DNA from: Oikopleura dioica
Lineage: Eukaryota > Animalia > Chordata
Reading direction: 5' to 3'
Assembly: GCA_907165135.1 (NCBI GenBank)
Contig: OU015569.1
Span: 8,680,001-8,744,000 of the forward strand
Length of the DNA stretch: 64,000 nt
Of the stretch, positions 1-13,412 are shown piece by piece; positions within the stretch are counted from its first letter, which is position 1, and each line of letters starts with the position of its first letter. The position numbers were made by a program, and so were the translations under genes. The notes beneath the pieces are model-generated. The model was not told the origin of the DNA and made no database searches. It saw nothing but the letters and a program-made list of their open reading frames with translations.

Positions 1-385
1 AAATCGAAATGGAAAGTTGTTGGCCACCTTAATTACCCAAGACATGGCTTGAATGCTCTCCCTGTCGCTCGTACGAAGTTCGCAGTTATCGGAGGGCACA
101 GTAATTCCACAGGTTCACTATGTAATGCTTTCTTATATCTAACGCCTTTATAAGAGCTGCCGTTTATCAGCGTCTTTGATGCAAGCAATCCTAGTTCGAT
201 TTCCAACTCAAATACATCAATACGAGTTCGATCAAGTGCTGCAGCAGCGTGTCCTACACGATTTTTTGCAGCAGCAGCGAGGATACCATCCCATAAAAGG
301 TACTTATCTTTAAACTTTTTGAAAAAAACTTAGAAATCAAGCGCTCCATAACGATGCTATGCATGAGTCCAGACAAGACACCTAA
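1..385 (+). CDS. 3' end of a kelch-repeat protein (partial, spliced)
   Basis: Frame 1 reads KWKVVGHLNYPRHGLNALPVARTKFAVIGGH, a kelch-type W...L..PR....GG blade. Two GT-AG introns join it to a stop at 383-385; AATAAA follows at about 553. Confidence 0.6.
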
Positions 386-820
386 ATCTGCCTTCCTAAA
401 CGTTCAACAATCTACCTCATTTCCCAAGAAAAAACAAAACAAAAAACGGATGACCCAAAAATGAAGCAACTGATCTCAAAACTATGACAGAAGAAAAAAA
501 CAAGTCGAATACCAAGAAATGATGCTATTTATTATTGAGTTTAACTTGTCACAATAAAAATTGCTTTACATGATCAAACTCTTCTCAAACATTGTCTATG
601 AGATGCCCTATCAGTATAAAAGGAGTGGGTATAATTGACCCAGTTGATTGAGGAAAAAGGGTTTCCCGCCTCAGAGACAACTGATTAACACCAGCTGTCT
701 GTACGCTATCTACACTGTTCCCGTGCCAATTTTTCCCAGTTATTTCAGCCCCTTTAAATTTTTCATTTTCCCATGTCAGAGAGGAGCTTCGATGTGGCCC
801 GCGTGCGTCCGAAAAATAAA

Positions 821-2359
821 ATGTTGTCGACTGTTCTCATCGGTAACAAAATAATTTTCTATCTCTTTAAAATCTCTTAGGATTGCAATCATTGGCTATA
901 TTTTTTACGATGTGTGCTTTCTTGCTATCCTTAAGCGTTTTTATCATGCCCAACTGGTCAGCTGCATTTCTTGGCCGATCGAAAAAGGTTCAAATCGGTC
1001 TCTGGTCCATTTGTAAGTCTACAGAGCGCTCTACAGACTGCGCGTTCTGGAACAACTTGGAGATCTGGAAGTTTGCGGACACGGATGAACCAGATTACGT
1101 CCTCTACTCGAGGATGTTTCTGCAACTATCGATTATAACCGGCCTCATTGGAAATATCTTCGCAATAGTTGGAAACGGATTGCTTTGTTGTACGCGAAAA
1201 TTCAAAACTACAGTCATAATTCAAGCAGTCGCTTCGCTGTGTCTCTCTGCGAGTGCTATGCTTATTGGAGCTTCGGGGACGGTCTTCCCGATTCTTTTTA
1301 AAGCCCCGACTGCAGATTTACCTAATCAAAAGCAGATAAATCACATTCTGACGAGAGACTACTTCTCTGTTGACCCTCGGTCTCGACCGATTTTTGAACA
1401 CGGACTTGCTCTTTACCTTTGCTGGGCCTCTATGATTATTTACGGTGAGGTTCTTTTTGTCGATAGTTTTTCAAAGTTATTTAGGGATCGGCTGTTCACT
1501 GTACATCTTTATCGCGTGCCTAATTTGCACAGAAAGAAACTCTTCGAAAGTGTTTGTTCGCCCTCTTTCTTATACAACGCTGAACGAAGGCAAGACGCGA
1601 GAACTTCCAGACGAGCCACGTGAACGTGTTTTGATTGCTTCCTCGTCCAACTCTTCATCGGTCAAGGAGACACCAAATAACGATGAAATCAACAACGACT
1701 CTCTCCGAAAAAGCCCACAGAAAGGATCACTACTCAGCAACAGATACTTCCCAAAAGAGAATCAGATACAAACAAGCAATCTGAATAACGACAACGTGAA
1801 TTTCGAAAAATTAAATCGAGCACATACTCTTTCAACAATAAGGAGTAAATCTTTCATGGCAGATGACAATTTCTGCGACTCGATAGCACGGGCCCTTTCT
1901 CTTCGGTAATTTCAAGTTGAAATTTTCAACGATTTTTAATCAAAAGAAAAATGAAAATTCTATTCAGAAAGCAAGAAAATGATTACCATGAAAGTCCTAC
2001 CACGGACTACTCTACTCAGGTTTGACAAACTATACTCGCCTAAATTGTAGTCGTCTTTCAGCAAGACTTGGACGAGATCCGTGACGTGAGCTACGAAGCT
2101 GAAGCTGAAAGCGAAGAAGTCGAGTCATTATGTCCATCTGTTGCGTCCGTTTCCATCATTGAATCTTCCGTAATGGTATTACTTTATCATTTTACTCTTT
2201 CCTTAAAAGACTAAGGACTTCGGACAACAGCCCTGTGCAGATCCGTTCCCAAAAAGAATGATGCAAAACTACTACAGCGAACATACTAGAGCTTCTATAG
2301 GAATTTTTAGATTAAGGATAGTGTCAATAAATTGCAGGTACTTGATGCTGAGTCAATGA
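821..2359 (+). CDS. Claudin/PMP22-like tetraspan membrane protein with long acidic C-tail (spliced; 3' end approximate)
   Basis: ATG 821 and intron 843-880 give MLSTVLIGLQSLAIFF. Loop 1 has the W...GLW..C...C claudin signature, followed by four hydrophobic segments. In-frame tail exons continue past the GT donor at about 1906. Confidence 0.75.
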
Positions 2360-2563
2360 CATTTCTTTATTGACACTTAAAAAAAGCTGCGACGAATCAT
2401 AAAGAAAACTGTGCTCTCAAACAACTTAGTTCTTGCTCTATGAAATAAAATACAAGGTTTCTCTGAGGCAGGTTTATTTTGTACATACTCGTAAGGATTT
2501 TGCTTAGATGTTAAAATAAATAAGCGAATCAAAATGAAGTGATTGATATTCAGCACTGTGCTT

Positions 2564-5141
2564 TCAGCCTCTTTTTGTATCCTCAGCTTCTTCAGCAATT
2601 TGCTGGACATTTGTATCCAGACAGGTCTCAATAAAAGTTGCAGCTATAGATCCGACGATAGATCTATCTGGTATTGTCTGAAAATAAGCTTGATTCTATG
2701 CAACCGATCAAAAACCATTACCTGTGCGAGTCCATAAACCGCTACTGCGTCACTCACATATTCAGAGCCCGCAGCTAAGAGCGCTGCGTTTAGCTCTTCA
2801 ATGTCCTTAGATTATTTTGATGAATCGTAGCTCTGTACTATATAGAGTCTATAGCCCAAGTTTTACCTTCAAAATTGTGTTCACGACTCCGGACTTAGTG
2901 TGCGTTCGCGTTACAGTGATGTGAATCCCAGATGGAAATTGCAGTGGTCCGAAAATCCATTTTTTCTTTGAAGCAAGATCGTGCATAAGCTGGAAGATAT
3001 TGACCTTATTGGATGTGAATGCGACAACAGTGCCGATGCTTTTTCCCATAATTTTCAGCCCTTCGATTCTACTTATTCCCTCTCGCAAAGCCCGTGCAGC
3101 ATCGAGAACGGACTTTGTTCTTTCAATGTAGCCTTTTTATTTGGTTCCAGTTGACGCTACCCGGTTGGTCTCGCTCCGGATCACAAAAAGCTGGAACCAG
3201 TTCCTGCATGCCCAATTTTAAGCATGCACGCCCATGTAGTTGCACTGCTTGCTCCCGAACGACTTCCTGCGTAAGTTGGCGTGGCGTAAACTCCACCAGG
3301 CCAGTCAGTGCAACTGTAGATTGCTGCTCGGCGTATTTCGGGCGTTCGAAACATAACAACAGACGACCCCTTCAAATATTTGCTTTCTTGAATGCAAACT
3401 ATAATTACCTTTGGACAATACCCATATTTATGTGTGTCACATGAGATCGAGGTCACATGACTGAGCCGGAAATCAAAAGTCGGGATCCTGTATCCAGCCG
3501 CAGCTACGAGTTTGATTTACTTTTGCTATCTTGAGAGCACCTTACCAGCGAATGGATTTATAAAGCCACCCAAGCAACAGTCGACATGAAATGGAATATT
3601 GTAGTTTTTAGCTAATTCGTTTATCTTCGCGAAATCATCATAGACTCCATGAGGGTAAGTCGGTGCAGATCCGACAAGTAAGCAAGTGGAACTGCTGATA
3701 GCTTTTATAAAGTTATCCAAGAAGGTGTATTTCGACTACTTTTGAGTGAAATTATGAGTTTCAGATAAATAACAATCCTGATTTCATCTTTCGAACGTCG
3801 GCTTCATATGTAGTTAGGTGAACAGGCACTTTGATCTTTTTAACTCGGAAGTAGTCACAGGCCTCAGAAAGATGTTAATATAGAGCTATTTTTAAGTAAC
3901 CTCACCTTGTCAAAAGCGGGATGTGCAGTAGCAGGCATAATCAATTCAGGCCATTTTATGCCTTTCGCTAGGGCGATGTTCCTAGCGCTGAGAACTGCGA
4001 GCCCAATAGATTCCGTGCCTCCGCATGTGAACAGGCCACAAGAGTCCTTCGGGCCATTATACAGTTTCAAGCACATGGCGAGAACTTCTGCTTCCATTTT
4101 TCGGACTCCCTGGATATTCATGAACTCGAATTCGAAAGGAGCTTTAGCTTTACCTTGAAAACGTCCGCGTGAAGTGGATTTGACCACATGAACATTTCAT
4201 ATGCTTTCGCTGAGATTTCGATAAGATCTGCGTCGTGGTCGTAGACAGCTCCCTGCACTCTTCCATTTCTCCAATCAATCGTGTCCATTTCGAGGTAATC
4301 TTAAAAATGAAGCTGGAAAAAGTCGAAACGCATTCTTGATACCTTGTACAATGAGTTTCATTTCGTCTACCGTCTTTGACTTGGCAGGCAACTCGAGCAA
4401 ATAGGATGGGTTGTACAAGTCCTTGTTGTTTCTCACTGAACTTTTCGCCTTTTCGACCTCAGCTTTGATTTTTGGACCAATGACGGGCAGAACGCGTAGT
4501 TTTTGAAAGAATTGTGTCTTTTGGTGATACAAAGATGAAATAATTATTAATAAAAACCTAAATGAATGACCACTGCCTTGACTCGATCGGTGAAATGTTT
4601 GTCATGATTGTAGACAATGTCGTAGACATAGCATGCAAGAAAGGTACTTCCAGCGGTTTTCAACACTGAAGAAATGCGTTGCAAAAACAGATAAAATGTT
4701 CCGCTCAATTACAGACAGATGGCAGCAGGTGTGCGTGTACTTTGGCGCGCTAGGAAAAAGGTCGCGAACTTTTTCGATCAAATTCCGACGTTTCATTTTT
4801 TCCAAAGACACGAGTACACACGACCTTCACCGAACTCAGAGAGAAACAAACACATCAGGTTTGTGGTTCCTTGAAAATAACGAAAAAACATAGTTTCGAA
4901 GTCTAATTTTGAACATAAGGACCTGATATGATTTATTCTCAGAAAATAGACGAAAATAGACTAAAATTTTTAACAAAAAATTTTGATTTTTCAGCCAATA
5001 ATGTATTCTTCTTTTTTGTGTTTTATAATTACCTAGGCTGAATTTATCCTCATTTTTGCATTTTTCGTTGACAAAAGCTTTGAGGGCGCTGACAATCTGG
5101 ACGGTCTGCTCTCTAAGTTGCAGGATCGCTTGTTCGTTCAT
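2564..5141 (-). CDS. SGPL1: Sphingosine-1-phosphate lyase (multi-exon)
   Basis: Motifs MWSNPLHADVF, GVRKMEAEV, TCGGTESI, SAPTYPHG, HVDCCLGGF, SISCDTHKYG (PLP lysine), DWPGGVYATPTYAGSRSG and VYGLAQ. Confidence 0.95.
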
Positions 5142-6424
5142 CAAAAAGTTCTTAACGTGTGGACCTCTTTGTGCCCTTTTTGCGTTGCAAATGGGCGGAC
5201 CCGGAGATCTATTGGTCGACGACTATTCTGTAAACACTGGCAAACTGCGCAAATGAATGACTCTCGCGTAAAAGTTTAGAGTTTTTTTTACGAAGCTTGA
5301 CCTTCGGACGTCCTCTTGCGTGCTCCCTCTTGACTGACGCATTCGTAACACATGCCCAACGGAAAACCCCAACGCCACGGTTCTAGAACTTTCAATTGCT
5401 CAAATTAATTCGAAATCTATATTTCCTTTGTCTCTATTGTTCTGCTAAATCATAAAATGGCTGGATAAGTGTACTTTTTAAACTTGAGAGGGCGATTAAT
5501 GGATTATTAAAATCGGTTTGAAAACTAAAATTATAGGGAAATTTTTGAAAAATTGCCACCATTTTGAGACGAGAGAATTTCAAACGTGAAATTTCCTTGG
5601 ATGTGATTTCCACCAATTCCTGGGAAAAAAGGGACGGGGAAAATGCCCAACTTTCGTACATTTAAGATTTGAAAATATTTATTGGGCACTAGAATTGAGC
5701 ACTTAAAATCTATGCATCGACGACTTTTGCTTGGATGTGGATAGAAGTTGCGCGCTCATGCAAATCTCAGAATTGAGACCATCTTGTGATGCTGTATTTA
5801 TTTGAACATTCTGCTCACAGAACGGAAACAAAAATATACTAAAAATTCTCGGAATTATTTGATCTTTTCGTGACCCTAACGTCTTTCCGTGTACTTTCCA
5901 AACAACACAATCATATCTTTCCAAATATCTCCAAAATTTCATGGCAAAACGAATAAATGGATTGAAAAAAGATAATAATATTTCTAAGTCAACGAAATTC
6001 AACAACAAGGCCTGTACCGTAGATGCTAAGAAGATTGACTAGAAGTTATAGGCTTATTCTCCTTATCGGAAAGGTATATAGGTTAGAGATGCGCAATCAG
6101 CAGGTGCAGCATGAACAGTTCCAGAAGTACCCCAATTTCGCAGTTTTGTTATTATAATCATCGAAAAGGGATCAGTATCTATTTAGGTTGTTCCAGGTGA
6201 GCGAACAGTGTACTGCAGCGCCGCCAAAAAATCTTATAAAAGCAGCAAGGCCTTCTTGAAATTTATCACAACTATAACTCAAACTGTTTAGTCATCCATC
6301 AAAAGCAACAAACAAGTGGCATTTCAGAGAAACTTAACCAACCCGCAAAAAGTAAGTTAAATTCCCAGAAATCCGACTAGCATAAAAGTAGAGACTTTTC
6401 CTTCAATAACAGCCTTGTAGTTTG

Positions 6425-9275
6425 ATGGCGAATTTCGTCAAATTATCCCTGGTAGCCATATCAGTGCTACCTTCTCAAGCTCAGTCGCCAACGTCGACTT
6501 GCTCGATAATTTCTCCAAGCTGGCGTCAAAAATGTCCGATTGTGCAGAACTACCGAAAATTCAACACTAGAGATGCGTGCCTTCTTTCCGGTTGTTGCTA
6601 CGATTCTAACGAATACCAAACAAGCAGAGGAATCGTGCCTAAGTGTTACAGACCACTTCAGGCTGCTCCTTCAACGGTTCCACCTTCTCTTGTTCAAGTC
6701 GTTCCGATCACGAAAGCCATTCCTGCAACCAGCGCGCCTGTCAAAACTTCTCAGTACACGCTTGCTCCTGAACAAATCAAGGCCAACTTACAAGAGCTCA
6801 AACTGAAGCTCGATCTCCAAAATGGCGCCCGCAGTGTTAAGAAGACAACAACGACTGCAACGCCAACTACCACCACCACAGCAGAAACTACTCAGCAAAC
6901 CAAGATGAAGGAAGATCCCGATAAAGTTGTTGCCCACGGCGACTTGATGAGCTCTTACACGAAAAAAACTTGTCTTCAACTTTCGACGACAAAGACGATG
7001 AACGACACCGTTCGAGAATTAACAATGGACAAACTGAACTGTGGCTCAATCCAATGGCAAAACTACGATCCCGAGAATGACCCCAATCTTCAGCAGAGCT
7101 CTGAAGCAGGAATGAAGCTTCTTATGGACAAACTGAAGGAAAAACAGGAAAAAACAACGACGATTCTCGCTGGTGGTAAAACAGAAGTTATCGATAGCTC
7201 GGGAAATGTTCAAATGAGCCTGCAAGCTAAACTCGAAGAGAAACTAAAGAAATCTCGAATGGAGAAGAAAAAAACGTCGTCGGAATGCAAGAAACTCGAA
7301 GAGAACTTTGCGAAACAGCGAAAAACACGATTTTCGAACGAAGACGAGAAAAAATTTAAAGATATTTGTGGATTCGTCCCTGATGCTGAGTATATGTTCG
7401 GTTTGATAACTTCCCTCCAGATCTTGAAAGAGGAGGAAGCGAAGAACTGGAAAATGCCTGGAATGGCTCTTGAAATGGAACTAGTCGATTGGCCCGTCAT
7501 CGAGAAGTGCATTGGTCGCAAATCCGTCCTCAATCAGAAATTCAACTGTTTCGCCCGAACCGACAGAATTTGGAACAAGGCGTCATGCTTCAAGAACGGA
7601 TGTATCTACCATGGCGAAGACTGTTTCTACTGCAAGGAAGCGATTGAAAACATGAAAGCGTCGAAAGTAGCGATCGAACAAATCAACGATGGATTAGGTA
7701 AAATACACAGAACAAGAAAGATTCTAATACATTTTAGGCGAATGCCAGATTTCCACCAAAAAACGTCAACTGTGTAAAGGCTACGTCAAAGAAGACGGAG
7801 AAAGTCTCGCCAAAAAAATGATGATGCTTCAAATGATGGCCAACCCTTCCATGGGAATTATGCTTGAGAAGAAAAATCAATCTAAATGTGAAAAACTTGG
7901 CTGCTGTTACGAGCGAAATGACAAGAAAATGATCATGCAAATGATTATGATGAATAACAATGGTAAAGTCATTATTTCTCAATTATTTTATTTATCTACT
8001 TTGTAGCGGCATCTATGCAACCAGTTGTACCACAAACAACAATGAATCCAATGATGGCTCTCTTAGGTGGCGGAAGTAGTTCTTCATCGAACATGAATAA
8101 TATGATGTCAATGCTTTCTGGAGGCTCTTCTTCTTCAAGCATGAACAGCATGATGTCTTTGCTCGGTGGTGGAAGCAAGGCGTCAACGGATCCCTTACAA
8201 ATGATGTTGAGTGGAATGACGGGTTCGAGCAGTAGCTTCAACGCATTGTCCGGCTTGGGCGGTTATGGTCTTTCTAGTTCTAGCGGAAGTTCAAGCGACG
8301 CACTGATGATGTCTATGATGATGGGGGGCAATCCAATGAACAGCTTGCTTATGAAAAAGTTCGAAGAGGACGACGATTCAACTTGCTTCGCCCCAATCGA
8401 CTTTGACAGAACAGATGATCACGAGTGCGTTCCGGACATCGCCAATAACGAATGCGGAGTTGCTTCTGAAAATGCTACCGAACACTCTTGGAATGTTATC
8501 TTCGAAGGACCAAACGGAAGTCGATGCGGAGGGGCACTCATTTGCTCAAGCTGGATCCTTTCAACAGCTAGCTGTCTTCGTTCCCTGGCAGATGATGTTT
8601 CTGATATTCAAGCCTACACTGACATCACAAATGGAACAGACCTTTCATCTGCGACGGCTTTAACTATCAGACAAGTTCAAGAGCATCCACTGTATCAAAG
8701 CGTCTCATACGGCCGACACAGGTAACAATATTATAACTGTTCCTTCGCTAATTGTATTCTAGACTTCTCAATGACATCGCCGTAGTACAGATCAACTCCG
8801 TGTCAAATGCTCCCATTTGTCTTCCTTCGAAGAGCTCATTAAATCCAGCCGTAAATGATGAAGTTTTCTCTTTTTCATACGGAGCAGAAGACTCATCTGG
8901 ATCCTATTCTGAAGAAATGAAACGATCTAATTTCAACTTGATGAAATTGAAAGTTTGCGAGGACAACTATGGCAACGTTGATTTCTCCTCTTCCTTGTGC
9001 GCGGAACAAGGTTCCGATTCGTCAAACGCCGGGAGTCCAATTTGCCACAACGATAAAGGCTCTGTGGTGGCAAGCATGATCGGCGGAAACTACAAGATCG
9101 CTGGACTAGTCGCTGGTGGTCCAGATAACTGCGTTCTTTCTTCAAATACGGTAACAGAAATGCATAATTTCAAGATATAACATACGTTTAGCCTGCGGTT
9201 TTCCTATCGGTAAGGAAAAACCTTCATTGGATACTTGAAGCAACGAACAACTGCTGCCAGGCTACCCTCTTTTAA
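6425..9275 (+). CDS. Secreted protein: trefoil-like Cys modules, Met/Ser/Gly-rich tract, catalytically dead trypsin-like domain
   Basis: Signal peptide MANFVKLSLVAISVLPSQA; C..GCCY/GCIY modules; protease-fold motifs RCGGALICSSWILSTASC, LNDIAV and ICHNDKGS. Confidence 0.75.
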
Positions 9276-9510
9276 ACTGATGTTCCTTTTCAGATACTCT
9301 CCCTTTATTTCCCATGCAAGTTCATCGTACCCCTGTTGTAAATAATAAATATCAAAAAACAGTAAAAGCTTCTTGTTTTACATCGTCAAGAATACTTTTT
9401 TCGAACTATCTGAGGTAGAATCACTTTATTGAATTTATGAGTTCAGAACACAGTCGACCACGGTAGCACTTATCAGTAAAACACAGACACAACCTAAATT
9501 TACAGAGAAT

Positions 9511-10714
9511 CTATTTCGGTAGCCTTAGCATATTAGTGTAATCTTCAAAAATCTTCTTTTCGTTACAATCAGGTAAAACTTCAAGAGATGATGTGCAGCG
9601 ATCATACACTTCTTCTGATAATATCCTGAAAAGTAAAAGAATAATGTTGTTCAATAAATCTTACTTGGCACTTGACAATCCATTTGCCTGGTAAAGAGTG
9701 GGCAAGAGGTTTCTAGCTTCAGTCTGACCAGAAGTATATTTCGAGATGTCATCGTTAATACATTTTAACAACATTAAATCAGCAGCGAACTTCCCACAGT
9801 GATCGGCTACATCCTTGCCTAAAACCGTCACATCAAAAGTGGATTTATGTTTTGAAAAAACCTATTAGCTTTTCTTCGTTGAATTGTTCTTCCTGTAGAA
9901 TTATAGTCGACCAGGCAGCCCGTTTTACGAGAGATAGATCCCTTTGAGACTTTGCGTGTAGCCATTCCTCTTCTGAGCCTAGCACAGAAAGATCATACAG
10001 AGTTCCCGAGGAGATATCAGCAATAGACTTTGAAATTTGAGCGACGACGGTTTGATTTTCGATTTCAGCTAGTTGCGAACTCGCTGCTGCCATCAGAAAA
10101 TCACCGGCGATCACGGAGAGGCGGTTACCGTCTTCGATTTCGAGTTTTTCCTCATCATTTTGGGCTCTAAAAAGCGAAATTCCATTTTACTGAACTCTTC
10201 GCAACTTACGTAGAGGGTTCTAGTATGCAGCCATGAATTTCAAACGCGATAAAAAGCAACTCAGCCAATCTAGCAAGTTGGACTTGCTTCAAGTAGATTA
10301 AGCTCTCTCGCTCGCGGTTGAATATTCTCGATAGCAACACAAGAATGTACATTCGTAGCCCCATATCAGAGTCGATCGTTGGACTCAGGTACTTGTCCTT
10401 GAGCGTGTTGAGAGGATGCGTTTTGGAGCTCGGTAGCTTGGAGAACAGACTAAAGACGAGCGATGCCTGTGCTTTCTGATAGAGATTCTTGAGCGGGGCG
10501 TCTCGCTTTATCTCTGTCTCTTTCAAGGGCTTACAAGAAGACTACGGGAAAAAATAAGTCCATTTTGCGAACATTCAAAAGCCCTGCCCTTGTGCCATTC
10601 TTGAAATCATCAAGCCCATTTCTGAAGTTCGAGAATTCAACCGAAATGAGAGGCTACGTGCAATGCATGACCTTTTCCGAAATCGCATAATGTCTTTCTG
10701 AACTTCAATAACAT
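9511..10714 (-). CDS. PDSS2: Decaprenyl/solanesyl diphosphate synthase subunit 2 (start approximate)
   Basis: LAELLFIAFEIHGCI and IAGDFLMAAASSQLAEIENQTVVAQISKSIADISSG match PDSS2, which lacks intact DDxxD motifs. Confidence 0.75.
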
Positions 10715-10995
10715 TTACTGATACTGTCCCACTTTTACTGTAAAAACACGGACAAGTGAAACTGCAAGAAAAAAGTTAAAACGCTCGTGATCAACACGGC
10801 TTTTCAGAAGAATATATATTTGAGGTAAGTCACATTTAAAAATGACAAAAAGTCGCATTGGGAAAGATGGTCAAAATGAGTGGAACGTAGAAAATCGAAA
10901 TTGAAAATTGAATTGAAGTAGCAAGAAAGAGGAAAACTTGTATGTACAGAAGTCAAAACTTGAAAAATAAATATATCCGAGGTAGTTTGCATCGA

Positions 10996-12937
10996 TTAAT
11001 CGCCGAAAGAACTCGTGCTTCCTTCTTGGCTCATTCCGGACTTGACAGTTTCGGCGAAGACTTTGACGGACTCAGGGGCGAACGCCTCGTAGCCACAGAC
11101 GCTCAGTGCCGAGAACTTGTTCCAGACACCGAGCTCTCGCTTTGAGTCCAGCCCACGAATCAGCCGCTTCTTCATGACGTCGATGAATTCCCTGAGAGTT
11201 CGATAAACTTAAACTTTCAAATTGATTTACTTGTGCGAAAGGGTTCCGTTCCCGTCTTCATCGAAAATGAGGAAGATCATTTCCACCAGCTCTGGCTTGA
11301 GATCGACACCACAAACTGTTTTCGCAATCGACGTCATCATTTCTTCGTTGACTTCTTTGCCCTAGGATGATTGAAGTATGAAAGAAAAAGGGAGATGAAT
11401 TACTTACGGCCATGGCGAAGAAAGTAAACGCGATCTCGATTTCATGGATCGATTTTATGAAATTGAAGAAATTCAGAACTTCGTCGAAGTGAATACCCGG
11501 GTCAATTCTCTGCTCGAAGTGGATTTCTTCTTCCCCAGTTTCTTCATTGACAGTTTTCACCTTCCCAAAAATATGCAAAAGACAAAAGAAAAGAGAATAC
11601 CTTTTTCTTTTTATAAAACTTATTCAGTCGTTTGCGGATCTTTTTGGTCTTGTCCGGGTCCATGCGCGCGTGCTCGATCAACATCATTCCAAAGTCTTTC
11701 ATTTTGGCGATTTCGTTTTCGCCCTTTTCGAGCAAGTCGTACTCCATCTTCAAAATATCTTTCTGGAGCTCCTCTTGGAACTTGGTGAAGTCCTGCGAAG
11801 AGAGCGAACGGGATTTGTCTTCGCCAAAGAAAAACGCAGAAATATTTGACTGGCGTTTCTTTCGGTGACGTTTGACGACAGTGTTTCCTTTCCCGGGGTT
11901 AAAAACTGATTTTTCAAATTGAAGCGAAGTTTTTATTCAAATGATTATTTCCAAACCCTTTCCTTTCATGATCGTCTCTGTGACTTTTTCGAACTCGGCA
12001 GAGTCGACTACGCCGTTTCCGTCGAGGTCGAACATCCGGAAGGCGATCTCGAAGTTGCGCCGAGGCGTCGTCAACAGCATCAAAATGAACATGTAGTCTT
12101 CGAAGTTGATGTAGCCGCCGAGATTCTGAAAGGTCGGCTCCAGCTTCGAAAGATCCTTTTTCGACATTTTCAGCGCTTTCTAAATCAAAATCAACAAATT
12201 TGAAATAGCAGAGAAGATGCTCTGTTAAGATTGTCAACTCGCAAAGGTTAGCTCAATGCCAAATACACAAAGAATCAATCGACTACTTACAGTAACGTCC
12301 TAAACGCACTTTAGTATTGAATTGCTGGCAGGAGATTTAGAAATTGAAAGTCTACTTGAAGGATATACCGTTCTTTCATCGGTCACTTACTCTTTCTGTC
12401 TTGATCTTCTTGTACTGATCGAGCTGCAAGTTGCTTGGCTGGAGATCTCCGCCGGGAGTGAGCGACCTGATCAGATCGTTGGGCGTCATGTAGACCTCGT
12501 TCGCCCGGTCATCGTCTGTTACTGCTTGCACCGTGGCAAAGTATCGGAAAACTTTATCTGGGTTAGAGTGCAGCCGCAGCTTATTCTCGTACTCCATCAT
12601 TCGTTTCTGCTTGAACTTTTTCTTTTCGGGCTTAGGCGACTCCACAGGCGCTTCCTCCTGTGCATCTTCTCCTTTCAACTGAAAGTCTTCAAAGTCGGGT
12701 TAACTAAGGTACTAGAACTCAAGCAGTAGCGATTCAATTAACCCTAACTGAAAGCGTATTCTCCTTGGCGTGGACCGTTTCCTTTTCAAGAAAAGCGCAC
12801 GCCATGACTCCTGCAACGACCGGCGCAACTACTGGGCTAAAGGAGAAGCTCGAAGAGCCCGAGTCCTTCTTGCCCGAGTAATTCTGGCTCGCGACAGCGG
12901 AAAGCTGCCGACACCATTTGCGAGCGTTTCGATTCAT
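10996..12937 (-). CDS. MICU1: Mitochondrial calcium uptake protein 1 (EF-hand)
   Basis: RMMEYENKLRLHSNPDKVFRYFAT, EF-hand FEIAFRMFDLDGNGVVDSAEF, EIEIAFTFF and EFIDVMKKRLIRGL; N-terminal mitochondrial-type presequence. Confidence 0.93.
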
Positions 12938-13412
12938 TCTGATTAATTCTCACTCAGACACACAACGACACATCAAGACAACTCATTTTAGTTAAATATA
13001 GTGTATTGTCAATCAGTTTGAACATGATAGAACAACGGCTTCGTACAAAAATAGCGTGGGGAAAAACTATGGAAGGAAAAGGGAACCTAAGGGGTATGAT
13101 AAATGAAAGTATGATAAATGAAACAAATAAAAGTTGGTTGAACTAAAAGACCAGTTGTTCGCATTCTGTGGCTATCATTTGATCTGACAAGTGTGGAATC
13201 TGTGAAGTGCACCAGAACGAATAAAAAATTTAGACGTAATTTCTAAGTAAGACAAAATAAGATAGTTTTAGGGAGTGAGCATACTTACCTGTTACCTATC
13301 GTGAAATTTGGAGACGAATAAAAATGTCTTTTGACAAGAGGAATGTGTGAGTGACTATCAGCTAACAATTATAGGGTCGAAATAGATGGAATTCTTTAAG
13401 TTTTGTGAGGTT

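Noticed and set aside
5140-6250. Small gene(s) upstream of SGPL1, possibly with TGATG stop/start overlap
   Set aside because: No coherent splice model or recognisable product.
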